NCBI GenBank assembly: GCA_013360305.1
Contig: JABWCK010000004.1
Span: 1-47,546 of the forward strand
Origin: Candidatus Micrarchaeota archaeon
Lineage (GTDB): Archaea > Micrarchaeota > Micrarchaeia > Norongarragalinales > Norongarragalinaceae
Length of the DNA: 47,546 nt
Direction: 5' to 3'
The notes beneath the pieces are model-generated. The model did no database searches and had not been told where the DNA came from. It worked only from the letters and a program-made list of their open reading frames with translations. The translations under genes were made by a program, and so were the position numbers. Positions 17,295-25,283 of this stretch are shown here, piece by piece. Within the stretch, counting starts at the first letter, position 1. Each line of letters begins with the position of its first letter.

Positions 17295-17331
17295 GAAACC
17301 TTTTTTGCTGAAAAAGCTTTACCCTAAATTT

Positions 17332-17383
17332 AAAGGGGGTGACGAGTACACCGAAGTAGGGGGTTTCCCCCTAGGTTGGTGAT
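17332..17383. repeat. GC-rich structured element, copy A (3' of alba)
   Basis: TAGGGGG-TTT-CCCCCTA hairpin closed by CACC/GGTG plus an extra GGGGG at 17335-17339; 3' half resembles 28949-28977. Confidence 0.55.
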
Positions 17384-17677
17384 CTACTTTTTGAGTGTTA
17401 GTGTGACGCTTGATACTCTACTGTTTGAACCATCTTCTGATTGTAGTTCTTCAGTAGTGACTTTGAATCCGGTTATTTCTAGCGTGTTGATGAATCGGTG
17501 TTTGGCTATTTGAGTAGCATCTACCGCGCGACTAATTGCAGCGCCTCTGGCTTTTACTTGAATTTCAGTCGAGCCTTGGTTGAATTTAGTGACTATTGCT
17601 AGCACGTAGCTCATTACGTTCTTGCTGCCGACGTAGATAATGTTTCCATCTGGTTTTTGTGTTGATTGGTCTTCCAT
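17384..17677 (-). CDS. albA: Alba DNA/RNA-binding protein
   Basis: IYVGSKNVMSYVLA…KARGAAISRAVD…VSS. Confidence 0.96.
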   Translation of the reverse strand: MEDQSTQKPDGNIIYVGSKNVMSYVLAIVTKFNQGSTEIQVKARGAAISRAVDATQIAKHRFINTLEITGFKVTTEELQSEDGSNSRVSSVTLTLKK

Positions 17678-17764
17678 TTTTGATTGACACCTCGAGTTTT
17701 TTGTGTAGGGATTGAATAGGAAAAAAAAATTGAAGAAATAGTAAAATAAGGAAAGAGAGTGTTT

Positions 17765-18589
17765 TTAGTTGTTTCCTTTCTTTAAGTAAAGCAACGTGCT
17801 GATGAACATGTTTCTTCCGCCCTTGCCTGAAGAAATCATTGTACCTGGGTCGAAGGCGAAGTACATGGTTTTTCCAGCTAGCAAGCCCTTGCTTTCGATT
17901 ATTGCGAATTCAGCTGGTCCTACTGGATTGTTGCCGTACTCGTCAACGTAAGCTAGTACGTCAGAGTTTGGAGTTGGAAAGATTGAAGTAACTGTTCCAC
18001 TGAATTGCAAGCCTTGCAATCCGTTAAAGATTGGGTGGTCTTGTGAAATTATTCTTACTCTGCCGTTAACGCTTCTTGATTCTGGGCCAACGATTTCATG
18101 AGCTTGAATGTTAGACAACTTGACTGGCACTACGTCTTTCAAGACAAAATCCCAACCGTAAACAGTTCGATCGTCATGAACTCGAGTGCAAGCGTTGCCA
18201 ATTAATAATAATTTCTTTCCGCCTTGAACAGCGTCGCGAACTGCTTCTCTTGCAGTTCTGTCGCAGAAGATTTCTCCTTGCATGATAATAATGTCAAAAT
18301 TCTTTAGCGAGCCTTTAACTACTGCTTCTTGAGGCAATGCAGCGATATAAGTAATTCCAGCAATTCTAGCGTCTTCGCTTCTTAATTCTTTTAATAATGC
18401 TTCTGAAGGAGTTCCTAGTACTCCAACATTAATGCGAGAACCCGGCAACAAGTTTCCTACAACGGGAACACTGCTTAAATCCAAGTAGCCAAACCTTGCA
18501 GCAATGAATAATCCTAGTACTACAATCAAAATAAGAGGTATAGCGCTCTCCATGAATGGTTGACCAGCTTGTCCTTTTGTTCTCGACAT
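17765..18589 (-). CDS. Membrane-anchored protein with class-I glutamine amidotransferase-like (ThuA/DUF4350-like) fold
   Basis: N-terminal TM; LKNFDIIIMQG…VQGGKKLLLIG…HPIFNG…GKTMYFAF; start placed at MSRTK after GGTGGTG. Confidence 0.65.
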   Translation of the reverse strand: MSRTKGQAGQPFMESAIPLILIVVLGLFIAARFGYLDLSSVPVVGNLLPGSRINVGVLGTPSEALLKELRSEDARIAGITYIAALPQEAVVKGSLKNFDIIIMQGEIFCDRTAREAVRDAVQGGKKLLLIGNACTRVHDDRTVYGWDFVLKDVVPVKLSNIQAHEIVGPESRSVNGRVRIISQDHPIFNGLQGLQFSGTVTSIFPTPNSDVLAYVDEYGNNPVGPAEFAIIESKGLLAGKTMYFAFDPGTMISSGKGGRNMFISTLLYLKKGNN

Positions 18590-18679
18590 TTTTTGCACCA
18601 CCAAATACTAATATTTTCTTTTTCGAAATCGTTAAGTTTATAATATTTAATAGGCGGTTTCCAGCTTAATAAACTTTGT

Positions 18680-19609
18680 CTAGCATGTAACGAGGTAATC
18701 GAACAAGTTATTCACTAAAGCAGGAGAACGAATTTGTTCTAGTGGCACTGCAAAATAAATTATCTTGCCGGCATAACGCGATTCGAATACTGCAGGGTAA
18801 AACTCGTTGCCGTCTTTCAAGTCAGCGATTAAAGTTACTCTAGAATCGTCTTGTTTTACTAAAGCGTACTTAGGAGAATTGAACGAAACGTTAACGCTCA
18901 AACCATTATAGATAGCGTGATTGCGCAAGATTCCTCTTAATTCTACTACGCCGGAAGCGTCTTTGACGCGAATGAATTTAGCGGCGACTATTGGTTCTAA
19001 AGCATCAAATCCTTGAATCAATGATTGATTATACAATAAAGCGTACCATTGTTGTTGTTTGGCTTCAGCTAGTCTAGACTGGTACTCGAGTGAACCGATT
19101 GAAATGTTTTCTATGAGTAATTGTTCGTAAAACGAAGCGTTTTGTTCACGGGCAGTAATCAAATCAAAGTCGTCAACGTAGTGTTGCGTTCCAGAGTCGC
19201 CAATCCACACTATTGTTCCGCCTCGAGAAACGTAATCGTTTATTGTTAATACTTGGCGGGATGAAATAGTCTTGGCTTTCATGAAGATTACTGCGTCAAA
19301 ATCACTAAGCAGGCCCTGGCTAGTAGTATTGATATGGTATAGTTGTACTACTGAATTAGGCCGGACTGTTCTAAGAAATTGGTATAATTCTTGTTCATTT
19401 CCGATTCCGTCATCGCCGTAAACGATGCCTATTCTAGAGTGGGATTGTTCTACATAATCGCAGTAAATCTGGCACCAATTACCGGGAACTTGAGAACAAT
19501 TAATCCATTGAAACTTAGTCAAGACTATTAATAATATGACTAAAAGTATTGCCGCAATTAATACGTTAGGCAATTCCTTTGTTAATGATTCAAGCGCTCG
19601 ATTAGCCAT
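18680..19609 (-). CDS. Membrane-anchored GATase-like protein, distant paralog of the neighbour
   Basis: N-terminal TM; LSDFDAVIF…VSRGGTIVWIG…HAIYNG…GKIIYFAV. Confidence 0.65.
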   Translation of the reverse strand: MANRALESLTKELPNVLIAAILLVILLIVLTKFQWINCSQVPGNWCQIYCDYVEQSHSRIGIVYGDDGIGNEQELYQFLRTVRPNSVVQLYHINTTSQGLLSDFDAVIFMKAKTISSRQVLTINDYVSRGGTIVWIGDSGTQHYVDDFDLITAREQNASFYEQLLIENISIGSLEYQSRLAEAKQQQWYALLYNQSLIQGFDALEPIVAAKFIRVKDASGVVELRGILRNHAIYNGLSVNVSFNSPKYALVKQDDSRVTLIADLKDGNEFYPAVFESRYAGKIIYFAVPLEQIRSPALVNNLFDYLVTC

Positions 19610-19647
19610 TAATAGAAAGTAATTGCTTAGAGATTATTAAAACTAAT

Positions 19648-19809
19648 TCACTGGCCAACAGTAAAGCGAAGGGCAAATTCTAGTATGATGAAAGCAATAG
19701 TGAATCCGACTACTAGCTTGGGATCCATTATTATAGCACTGCCAGTAGAGTCCTTGAAGGAAGTAATTCCCGTTTGGCTTTGAGGCGTGTAAATTTGTTC
19801 TAAACCCAT
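19648..19809 (-). CDS. secG: Preprotein translocase subunit Sec61beta (archaeal SecG), 53 aa, not in the ORF track
   Basis: MGLEQIYTPQSQTGITSFKDSTGSAIIMDPKLVVGFTIAFIILEFALRFTVGQ fits the P-x-S-x-x-G-I-x-x-F-x-D…P + single C-terminal TM pattern. Confidence 0.85.
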   Translation of the reverse strand: MGLEQIYTPQSQTGITSFKDSTGSAIIMDPKLVVGFTIAFIILEFALRFTVGQ

Positions 19810-19846
19810 GTAAAGACTTTGTTTTCAAGCTAATAAATAGTTTTGC

Positions 19847-20365
19847 TTAAATCAATTTATACAATCCTTGTTTTTTTTCTAACAATTCGCCGTTTTCTTT
19901 CAAGACGAATACAAGGCTTTGTGCCGCTTCTAAACTTATTTTAAGGAAGTCGGCTATTTCTTGCACTCTACAGTCTTTTTCCTTCATGAAAGCATAAAGC
20001 TTAGGCGATTGTTGTTCGAGAAACCACTTGCTAACAATGTAATAACGCTTGTCGAAGCCACGTACGCCCAAGACGTTGCCGGATTTTATTTCAGGTTCTA
20101 ATTGAATAGATAATTCTTTGGCTTTTTCTTCATCTTGAACTACTAAAAATCCTTTATCAAGCAAACCCGTCTTCTTTGGCTTTACTTGGTGGTCAGGAAC
20201 TAGTGGGGCGAGTTCTTTCTTTAATGATTCTTTGAATACTAAAACAAAAACGCCAGGCTTGACTTCTAAAAAATCAACATCATCATTAACCCTAGCCGAA
20301 ACAGCTTTCGCTACTGAATCAGGCAATACTATAGCTAACGAATCACCGTGCTTGAATACTCGCAA
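19847..20365 (-). CDS. AbrB/MazE-type DNA-binding domain protein with C-terminal winged-helix-like region
   Basis: RVFKHGDSLAIVLP…NDDVDF; C-terminal VQEIADFLKIS…LKENGELLEKKQGLY. Confidence 0.7.
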   Translation of the reverse strand: MRVFKHGDSLAIVLPDSVAKAVSARVNDDVDFLEVKPGVFVLVFKESLKKELAPLVPDHQVKPKKTGLLDKGFLVVQDEEKAKELSIQLEPEIKSGNVLGVRGFDKRYYIVSKWFLEQQSPKLYAFMKEKDCRVQEIADFLKISLEAAQSLVFVLKENGELLEKKQGLYKLI

Positions 20366-20415
20366 AAACCCACCTTAAACAAAAAGAACTGGAAAAAATA
20401 TAATACTACGCACAA

Positions 20416-21441
20416 TTATTCGTTTGAAGCAATTCCTTTTTGCTTCAGGAAGTTAACTGCTTCAGAATGAGTTTTAGGCCAACTAGCAAGCTTAACACTT
20501 GGATTGAAACCTCCGGAAACTAATTGTTCTAATCCGGAATAATCAAGTTCGCTCAGTTTAGCAGACGCAACTTTAGAAGCAAGAGAGTTGCTCAAACCTT
20601 GATTGGCCAAATAGCTTAATGATGCCCTATGCAATAACGCTTTAGCAAGTTCTTCCTTATTCGGATTTTTACTAGGAGAATAAGCCAAAGTTGAAATGAT
20701 TTCGGCAGCAGGTTCTGAAACAATTTCTTTAGGAAAAATACTTACTCCGCTAAAACCAGATTGAGAAGCGTGTTCATGCAGTTTAGCATAATGTGCTGAA
20801 CCAAAACAAACTAAAACACTCATTTTTTGACCTTTTAAATCAGGATATCTTTTTATTAAATCCGAACCAAGACTAGAAAAAGCAGACTTTAAATAATCTT
20901 CTCTATACCTATCTCGTTTCGATTCTAAAACTAAAGAATTCTTAAATAACTCAATAGCTCTAGACAAATTTCCATCAACTAAATGACTCGAAGCGTGATT
21001 GTTAAGTTCTCGGACTTGCTTATCCATCGAGTTTAACTGATCAAATTCCTTTTGAGAATAACGCTCTATGAAAAAAATTTTAGAACCACTATTTTCAGCA
21101 GTCTTCAAAACTCTTCCTAAAAAGGGATGGTGAGCATAAGCAGGATAATGCGTTTCGAAATTATTAGTTCCAAATTTAGACTCAATATCACGATGTACTT
21201 CTTCTCTACCGATACTTTCCAAAACAACCACAGATGGGTTTAGTTCATTAATTTTCTGCACAGCCTGATCTGCATCACTAGCGCGTTCATGATATGAAAA
21301 AGAAAAAGTAACTTTCGCCCTGGAATTATTAAGATTATTTACGTGGTCAACATACGCCCTATGGCCAAAAACGCCTAGAGCTAAAGTAGTCAATACACTT
21401 CCAACTGCAACGACTTTCCTAAACGAAAAACGATCTTTCAT
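20416..21441 (-). CDS. Hypothetical protein with N-terminal TM/signal anchor
   Basis: 341-aa ORF; PSVVVLES…LVCFGSAH weakly recalls the TraB/ChaN/EreA-like fold. Confidence 0.7.
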   Translation of the reverse strand: MKDRFSFRKVVAVGSVLTTLALGVFGHRAYVDHVNNLNNSRAKVTFSFSYHERASDADQAVQKINELNPSVVVLESIGREEVHRDIESKFGTNNFETHYPAYAHHPFLGRVLKTAENSGSKIFFIERYSQKEFDQLNSMDKQVRELNNHASSHLVDGNLSRAIELFKNSLVLESKRDRYREDYLKSAFSSLGSDLIKRYPDLKGQKMSVLVCFGSAHYAKLHEHASQSGFSGVSIFPKEIVSEPAAEIISTLAYSPSKNPNKEELAKALLHRASLSYLANQGLSNSLASKVASAKLSELDYSGLEQLVSGGFNPSVKLASWPKTHSEAVNFLKQKGIASNE

Positions 21442-21557
21442 TCAACAAAATTCAGTAAAACCAAAATAAAAAACCATTAGACGAAAAATGAACGAAAAAT
21501 AATAATTTGCTTTAACTCGATTAAGGTTTTTTAACGCGTTAACTCAAGAACAAAAAC

Positions 21558-23966
21558 ATGAAAAAAATACTGTTTTTGTTGTTGCTTTCAGTTTTTTCCC
21601 AAGCATTTTTGTCTGAATACAATTACTTGTTAGATGAACCGAAGGAATTCTTTTACCCTTGTTTTCCGAGCCAGCCTGAAATTTCTACAAGCCTTGGCTC
21701 TACAGAATTCAAACAAGTCATTCTCTTATTAACCGAGGCAAAGGAGGAAATAAAAAACGCGCAAACAGACGTAGCAAACAGCTTGATTATAGGCAATCCC
21801 ATCAGCAACCAGTTGTCTTGCAATGATAAAATGAAAAAAGCAGTAAAAAAAGCTCTAGAAGCAGTAAAAACTGCCAATGACTTGATTGACGAGAAGGCAA
21901 TTGTTTTGGAAAACGCGTTTTCAGAAGAATACCCCGGACTAGCTTCGGGAGTAATAAGTGAATTAAAAAGTGAAAGCGAAAAAATTCAAAAACAATCGAC
22001 AAACGGCTTGTCTGGAGACTTGGTTTCTTTAAACAAAAAACTAAGGGATTGGACGGCCTCCTATCAAGAAATAATAAACAAAGTATTCGAAAACAAAGGA
22101 ATACTATTCAAGCAGAAAGAATTAATCGAAAAAACAATTAATGGATTGAAACAATTAGAAAAAGAAAACAATGAATTAAGCAAGCAAAGTGATTCGAAAC
22201 TACAGGGAGCTAGGAAAGAATTTAAAAAAATCGATTCGCAATTGCTTGAAGCAATAAGTGATTTTGATTCAGGCGAAAAAACGCTGGTTTTTGACTGGTT
22301 TGATTCTAGGGAATCGTTTTCTGAAGTAAAGCAATTAATCGACTACGCAAATCAAGACCGAGAGCAAGCGTTGAAGAAAATAAAATCTTTAGAAAAAGGA
22401 TTCATTGGAGAAAGCAATGCTTTGCATGAGAAATCAGTAAGCGAGTCAGAACAAGCAATCCTTAAAATCAACGAATTAGAAAGAGAAGCAACAAGGATAG
22501 AAAACAACTTGGATGAAGAAACCAGTTTACTGGAAAGAAAAATAGACGACAAGCTAGACGAAGGTTCTTTTTCAACGATTAAAATCAACTATAACAAAAA
22601 AACTTTTTCCGGAGCAATTGGCAAAAGAATCAAAGATAAGTACAAATACTCTGAAGAATTGAAGGAATTGTTTTCAAAAATAGATAAGAATGATTTCTTA
22701 AAGATTGAAACGGAATCTAAAGCAGAACAATTGCTTAGCCTAATAAAAAACAATGATGATTTTTCTGAAAAAGAAAAAATAATCCAGGAATCTTTGAAGA
22801 ATTTGAATTATGCTGACGAAAGAGAACAAGAATTCTTGTATGATACAATAACCCGAACCGAGGCGGAAATTAAAGCAGAATTTTTAGAAGAATACGGTTG
22901 GATGCAGGCAAGCGCTGAAGAATTGCTTTCGCTGAGTCTTCCAAAAAAACAAGTTGATGCAGTGAAAAACGCTTTAGACTTGTTTACTTCAAGCAACGAG
23001 TTAGACTTGTCTAAAAGCAAAGAATTTGAGAAAGCTAGTGAAAACTTAAACCAAGCAATGGATTACGTTAAAGAAAATACTCCAGAACTAATTAGCTGGA
23101 ATCTTGAGGTGGAAAAACAAGAGCAGGAAATTGATTACGTTGATAAAACCGTTTTTCAAACCAAAATTACATTCACTAACCCGACTAGTTTGAGCACTGA
23201 AGAAAAAATTAAGACTAGTGAAAAAACTAGTGATGAAATAGTTTTAGGAGACGCAATTCAAGAAAATAATTTTATAATACTAAACGGAATTAACGCGTTT
23301 GAACAAAAAACAATAGTAACCGAAAAAACTACTTACTTACCTATTGAGGAATTCGAACAAACAACTATTACACCAACTATCACAACTCAACCTATCCCCG
23401 AACCAACACCAGACTTGAGTAGCGAATTCGCTTACTATCAAGAATTGTTGAAAAACAAGAGTGAAATAGAAAAAACTATGGATGCAGCTTTTGCTGGCGA
23501 TTCTTACGCGCAGAAAAGCAGTGTTGAATACCAAAAGACTCAATTGTTGATTAAAGAAATTAACACGTTGCTAGCGCCGGTAGAAAAAGCATGGCAGGCG
23601 GTGAATTCCGGGAAGAAAAACTCTTATTCTAAGGAACTAATTCAAAAAAACTTGGAAGATGCTAGAAAAAACTTAGAAGAAACAACGGAAGTAATTGAAG
23701 GTTTTAAGTCAAAAGCAGAAAACGAGGTTTCTTTAGCGGATGAAAAAACTAGCGATTACGCTATACAAGATAAAAGCATTATTGAAGACGCTAAAACCGC
23801 GTTAAAGAACGGTAATTACTTGACTGCTTTGACTATTGCGAAGAAAGTTTCTCCAGAAAAACAAAACTCAACCGACTACTTGCCATTAGGTTTCGCAGGA
23901 GTCGCTTTAGTAGGCGGCGCCACGTTCTTGTTTTTAAAATACAATAATGGAAAAAAATTGTTTTAG
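21558..23966 (+). CDS. Large secreted coiled-coil surface protein with C-terminal TM anchor
   Basis: Signal peptide, long E/K heptad-rich regions, T/P-rich linker, C-terminal hydrophobic helix and basic tail. Confidence 0.8.
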   Translation: MKKILFLLLLSVFSQAFLSEYNYLLDEPKEFFYPCFPSQPEISTSLGSTEFKQVILLLTEAKEEIKNAQTDVANSLIIGNPISNQLSCNDKMKKAVKKALEAVKTANDLIDEKAIVLENAFSEEYPGLASGVISELKSESEKIQKQSTNGLSGDLVSLNKKLRDWTASYQEIINKVFENKGILFKQKELIEKTINGLKQLEKENNELSKQSDSKLQGARKEFKKIDSQLLEAISDFDSGEKTLVFDWFDSRESFSEVKQLIDYANQDREQALKKIKSLEKGFIGESNALHEKSVSESEQAILKINELEREATRIENNLDEETSLLERKIDDKLDEGSFSTIKINYNKKTFSGAIGKRIKDKYKYSEELKELFSKIDKNDFLKIETESKAEQLLSLIKNNDDFSEKEKIIQESLKNLNYADEREQEFLYDTITRTEAEIKAEFLEEYGWMQASAEELLSLSLPKKQVDAVKNALDLFTSSNELDLSKSKEFEKASENLNQAMDYVKENTPELISWNLEVEKQEQEIDYVDKTVFQTKITFTNPTSLSTEEKIKTSEKTSDEIVLGDAIQENNFIILNGINAFEQKTIVTEKTTYLPIEEFEQTTITPTITTQPIPEPTPDLSSEFAYYQELLKNKSEIEKTMDAAFAGDSYAQKSSVEYQKTQLLIKEINTLLAPVEKAWQAVNSGKKNSYSKELIQKNLEDARKNLEETTEVIEGFKSKAENEVSLADEKTSDYAIQDKSIIEDAKTALKNGNYLTALTIAKKVSPEKQNSTDYLPLGFAGVALVGGATFLFLKYNNGKKLF

Positions 23967-24008
23967 TTCTAAATAAACATTAATAATACGCTTGCGTAAT
24001 TCGTTAAC

Positions 24009-24617
24009 ATGGATTTGTCGTTTATTCAAAAATTGTTCGAGAAAAAGAAGCCTAAACTGCATATGCTCAAATGGGGCTTGCCGGAACAAAGGCTAGTTGC
24101 CGAAGTAAAGGACGCGGATAAAACAGTGTACGCGTTAAAGAAAAACAAGGCTAAATTTGTTTCTGGCGGGGAATTCATTGACAGAATTCACGCCAAACAA
24201 CTGGGCGAGACAGCTTTTACTTACTTTATTGTTCGCACTGAAAAGAAAACCGAAAACGAGACGATATTGTTTGACGGCTACATGGCTCAAGAAGAAGAGC
24301 AATTAAATCTACAGCTTCAAAACAGTTACTCAATAGAAGAAGACTTAGATAACTTGGGTTACGCTGAAGCAGTAAACCGAGAAGTAATAGAGTGGAGATT
24401 TAATTATTCACTAATTAAAGCAAGCGTGTTTGAAATAGATGGGTTTGGTTCATTCATAGAAATAGCCATTCCTAAAACGAAGCTTGTACGCACTAGAGAA
24501 AATCAGGAAAAGCAGGCCTTCGAATTGTTGGAAAAAATAGGAATAAAAAAAGAAGAAGCAATTCCGACTGACGTAATAACTCTTCAGCTAGTACAATCAA
24601 TGCAGGAAAAAAAATGA
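24009..24617 (+). CDS. Divergent CYTH-like (class IV adenylate cyclase/triphosphatase fold) protein
   Basis: LDNLGY…IDGFGSFIEI…LLEKIGI; the canonical ExExK is reduced to AEVK. Confidence 0.6.
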   Translation: MDLSFIQKLFEKKKPKLHMLKWGLPEQRLVAEVKDADKTVYALKKNKAKFVSGGEFIDRIHAKQLGETAFTYFIVRTEKKTENETILFDGYMAQEEEQLNLQLQNSYSIEEDLDNLGYAEAVNREVIEWRFNYSLIKASVFEIDGFGSFIEIAIPKTKLVRTRENQEKQAFELLEKIGIKKEEAIPTDVITLQLVQSMQEKK

Positions 24618-24624
24618 GACGGTT

Positions 24625-24720
24625 TTATTCGTCTTCGTCGTCAAAATCTTCTTCGTCCCATTCTTCTTCGTCGTCAAAATCTTCTTCTTCATCAAAGTCG
24701 TCTTGTTTTTCTTTAGGCAC
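24625..24720 (-). CDS. 31-aa hyper-acidic microprotein MPKEKQDDFDEEEDFDDEEEWDEEDFDDEDE, not in the ORF track
   Basis: GTG start preceded by GAGGTG; TTATAA box at 24759-24764; mixed synonymous codons keep D/E. Confidence 0.75.
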   Translation of the reverse strand: MPKEKQDDFDEEEDFDDEEEWDEEDFDDEDE

Positions 24721-24776
24721 TTTTTAGTCCACCTCTATTGTGAAAATGAGTTAGCAAATTATAATTGAATGTGATT

Positions 24777-25283
24777 TTAAGCTTTTTGCAAGCGAGAATG
24801 CTTTTTAATCGTTTCCTCGTTCAACCAGCGTACGTTTGAATCAAATTTTTTGTTTAAAAAATTCGCTAAAGCACGACCGCGAGTATTATCTAATTGCCTT
24901 ACGGTCGCATAATTTTCTTCACTTTTTATCAAACAATAATCTAGCGCTTCAAGCAACACGTTGTCTAAAACTTTTTTCTTCGAATAATTTCTCGCATTCA
25001 AGCGTTTTTCTAATTCTTTCGGGTTGCAGCGCAACACGATTACTTCTTTCCCTAGAGAAAACTCGCACAACAAGTGCGATTCAATAATGCAATCGTCTTT
25101 TTTTTCTAGTTCTTTTTTCAATTTCTTTAAGTCTACTTCCAACTCGCGTCCTTGTTTTTTGTAAATTTTTTTTTCTTTTACTAAGGCAGTAACATCTACT
25201 AGTTCCAAGCCTAGTTTTTTAGATAGTTCTTTAGCGAAGAAAGTTTTTCCTGTTCCAGGAGTACCAGTTATTAGTATGTTCAT
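24777..25283 (-). CDS. Adenylate kinase 6 / Fap7-like
   Basis: ITGTPGTGKT, IIESHL, RLNARNYSKKKVLDN. Confidence 0.92.
   Translation of the reverse strand: MNILITGTPGTGKTFFAKELSKKLGLELVDVTALVKEKKIYKKQGRELEVDLKKLKKELEKKDDCIIESHLLCEFSLGKEVIVLRCNPKELEKRLNARNYSKKKVLDNVLLEALDYCLIKSEENYATVRQLDNTRGRALANFLNKKFDSNVRWLNEETIKKHSRLQKA

Noticed and set aside
19643..19828. 61-aa minus-strand ORF
   Set aside because: Overlaps the Sec61beta-like gene in another frame
21531..21542. Short perfect palindromes (TTAACGCGTTAA here; TTAGTTAACTAA at 13773-13784)
   Set aside because: Single 12-mers of this kind are expected by chance in AT-rich DNA and are not repeated
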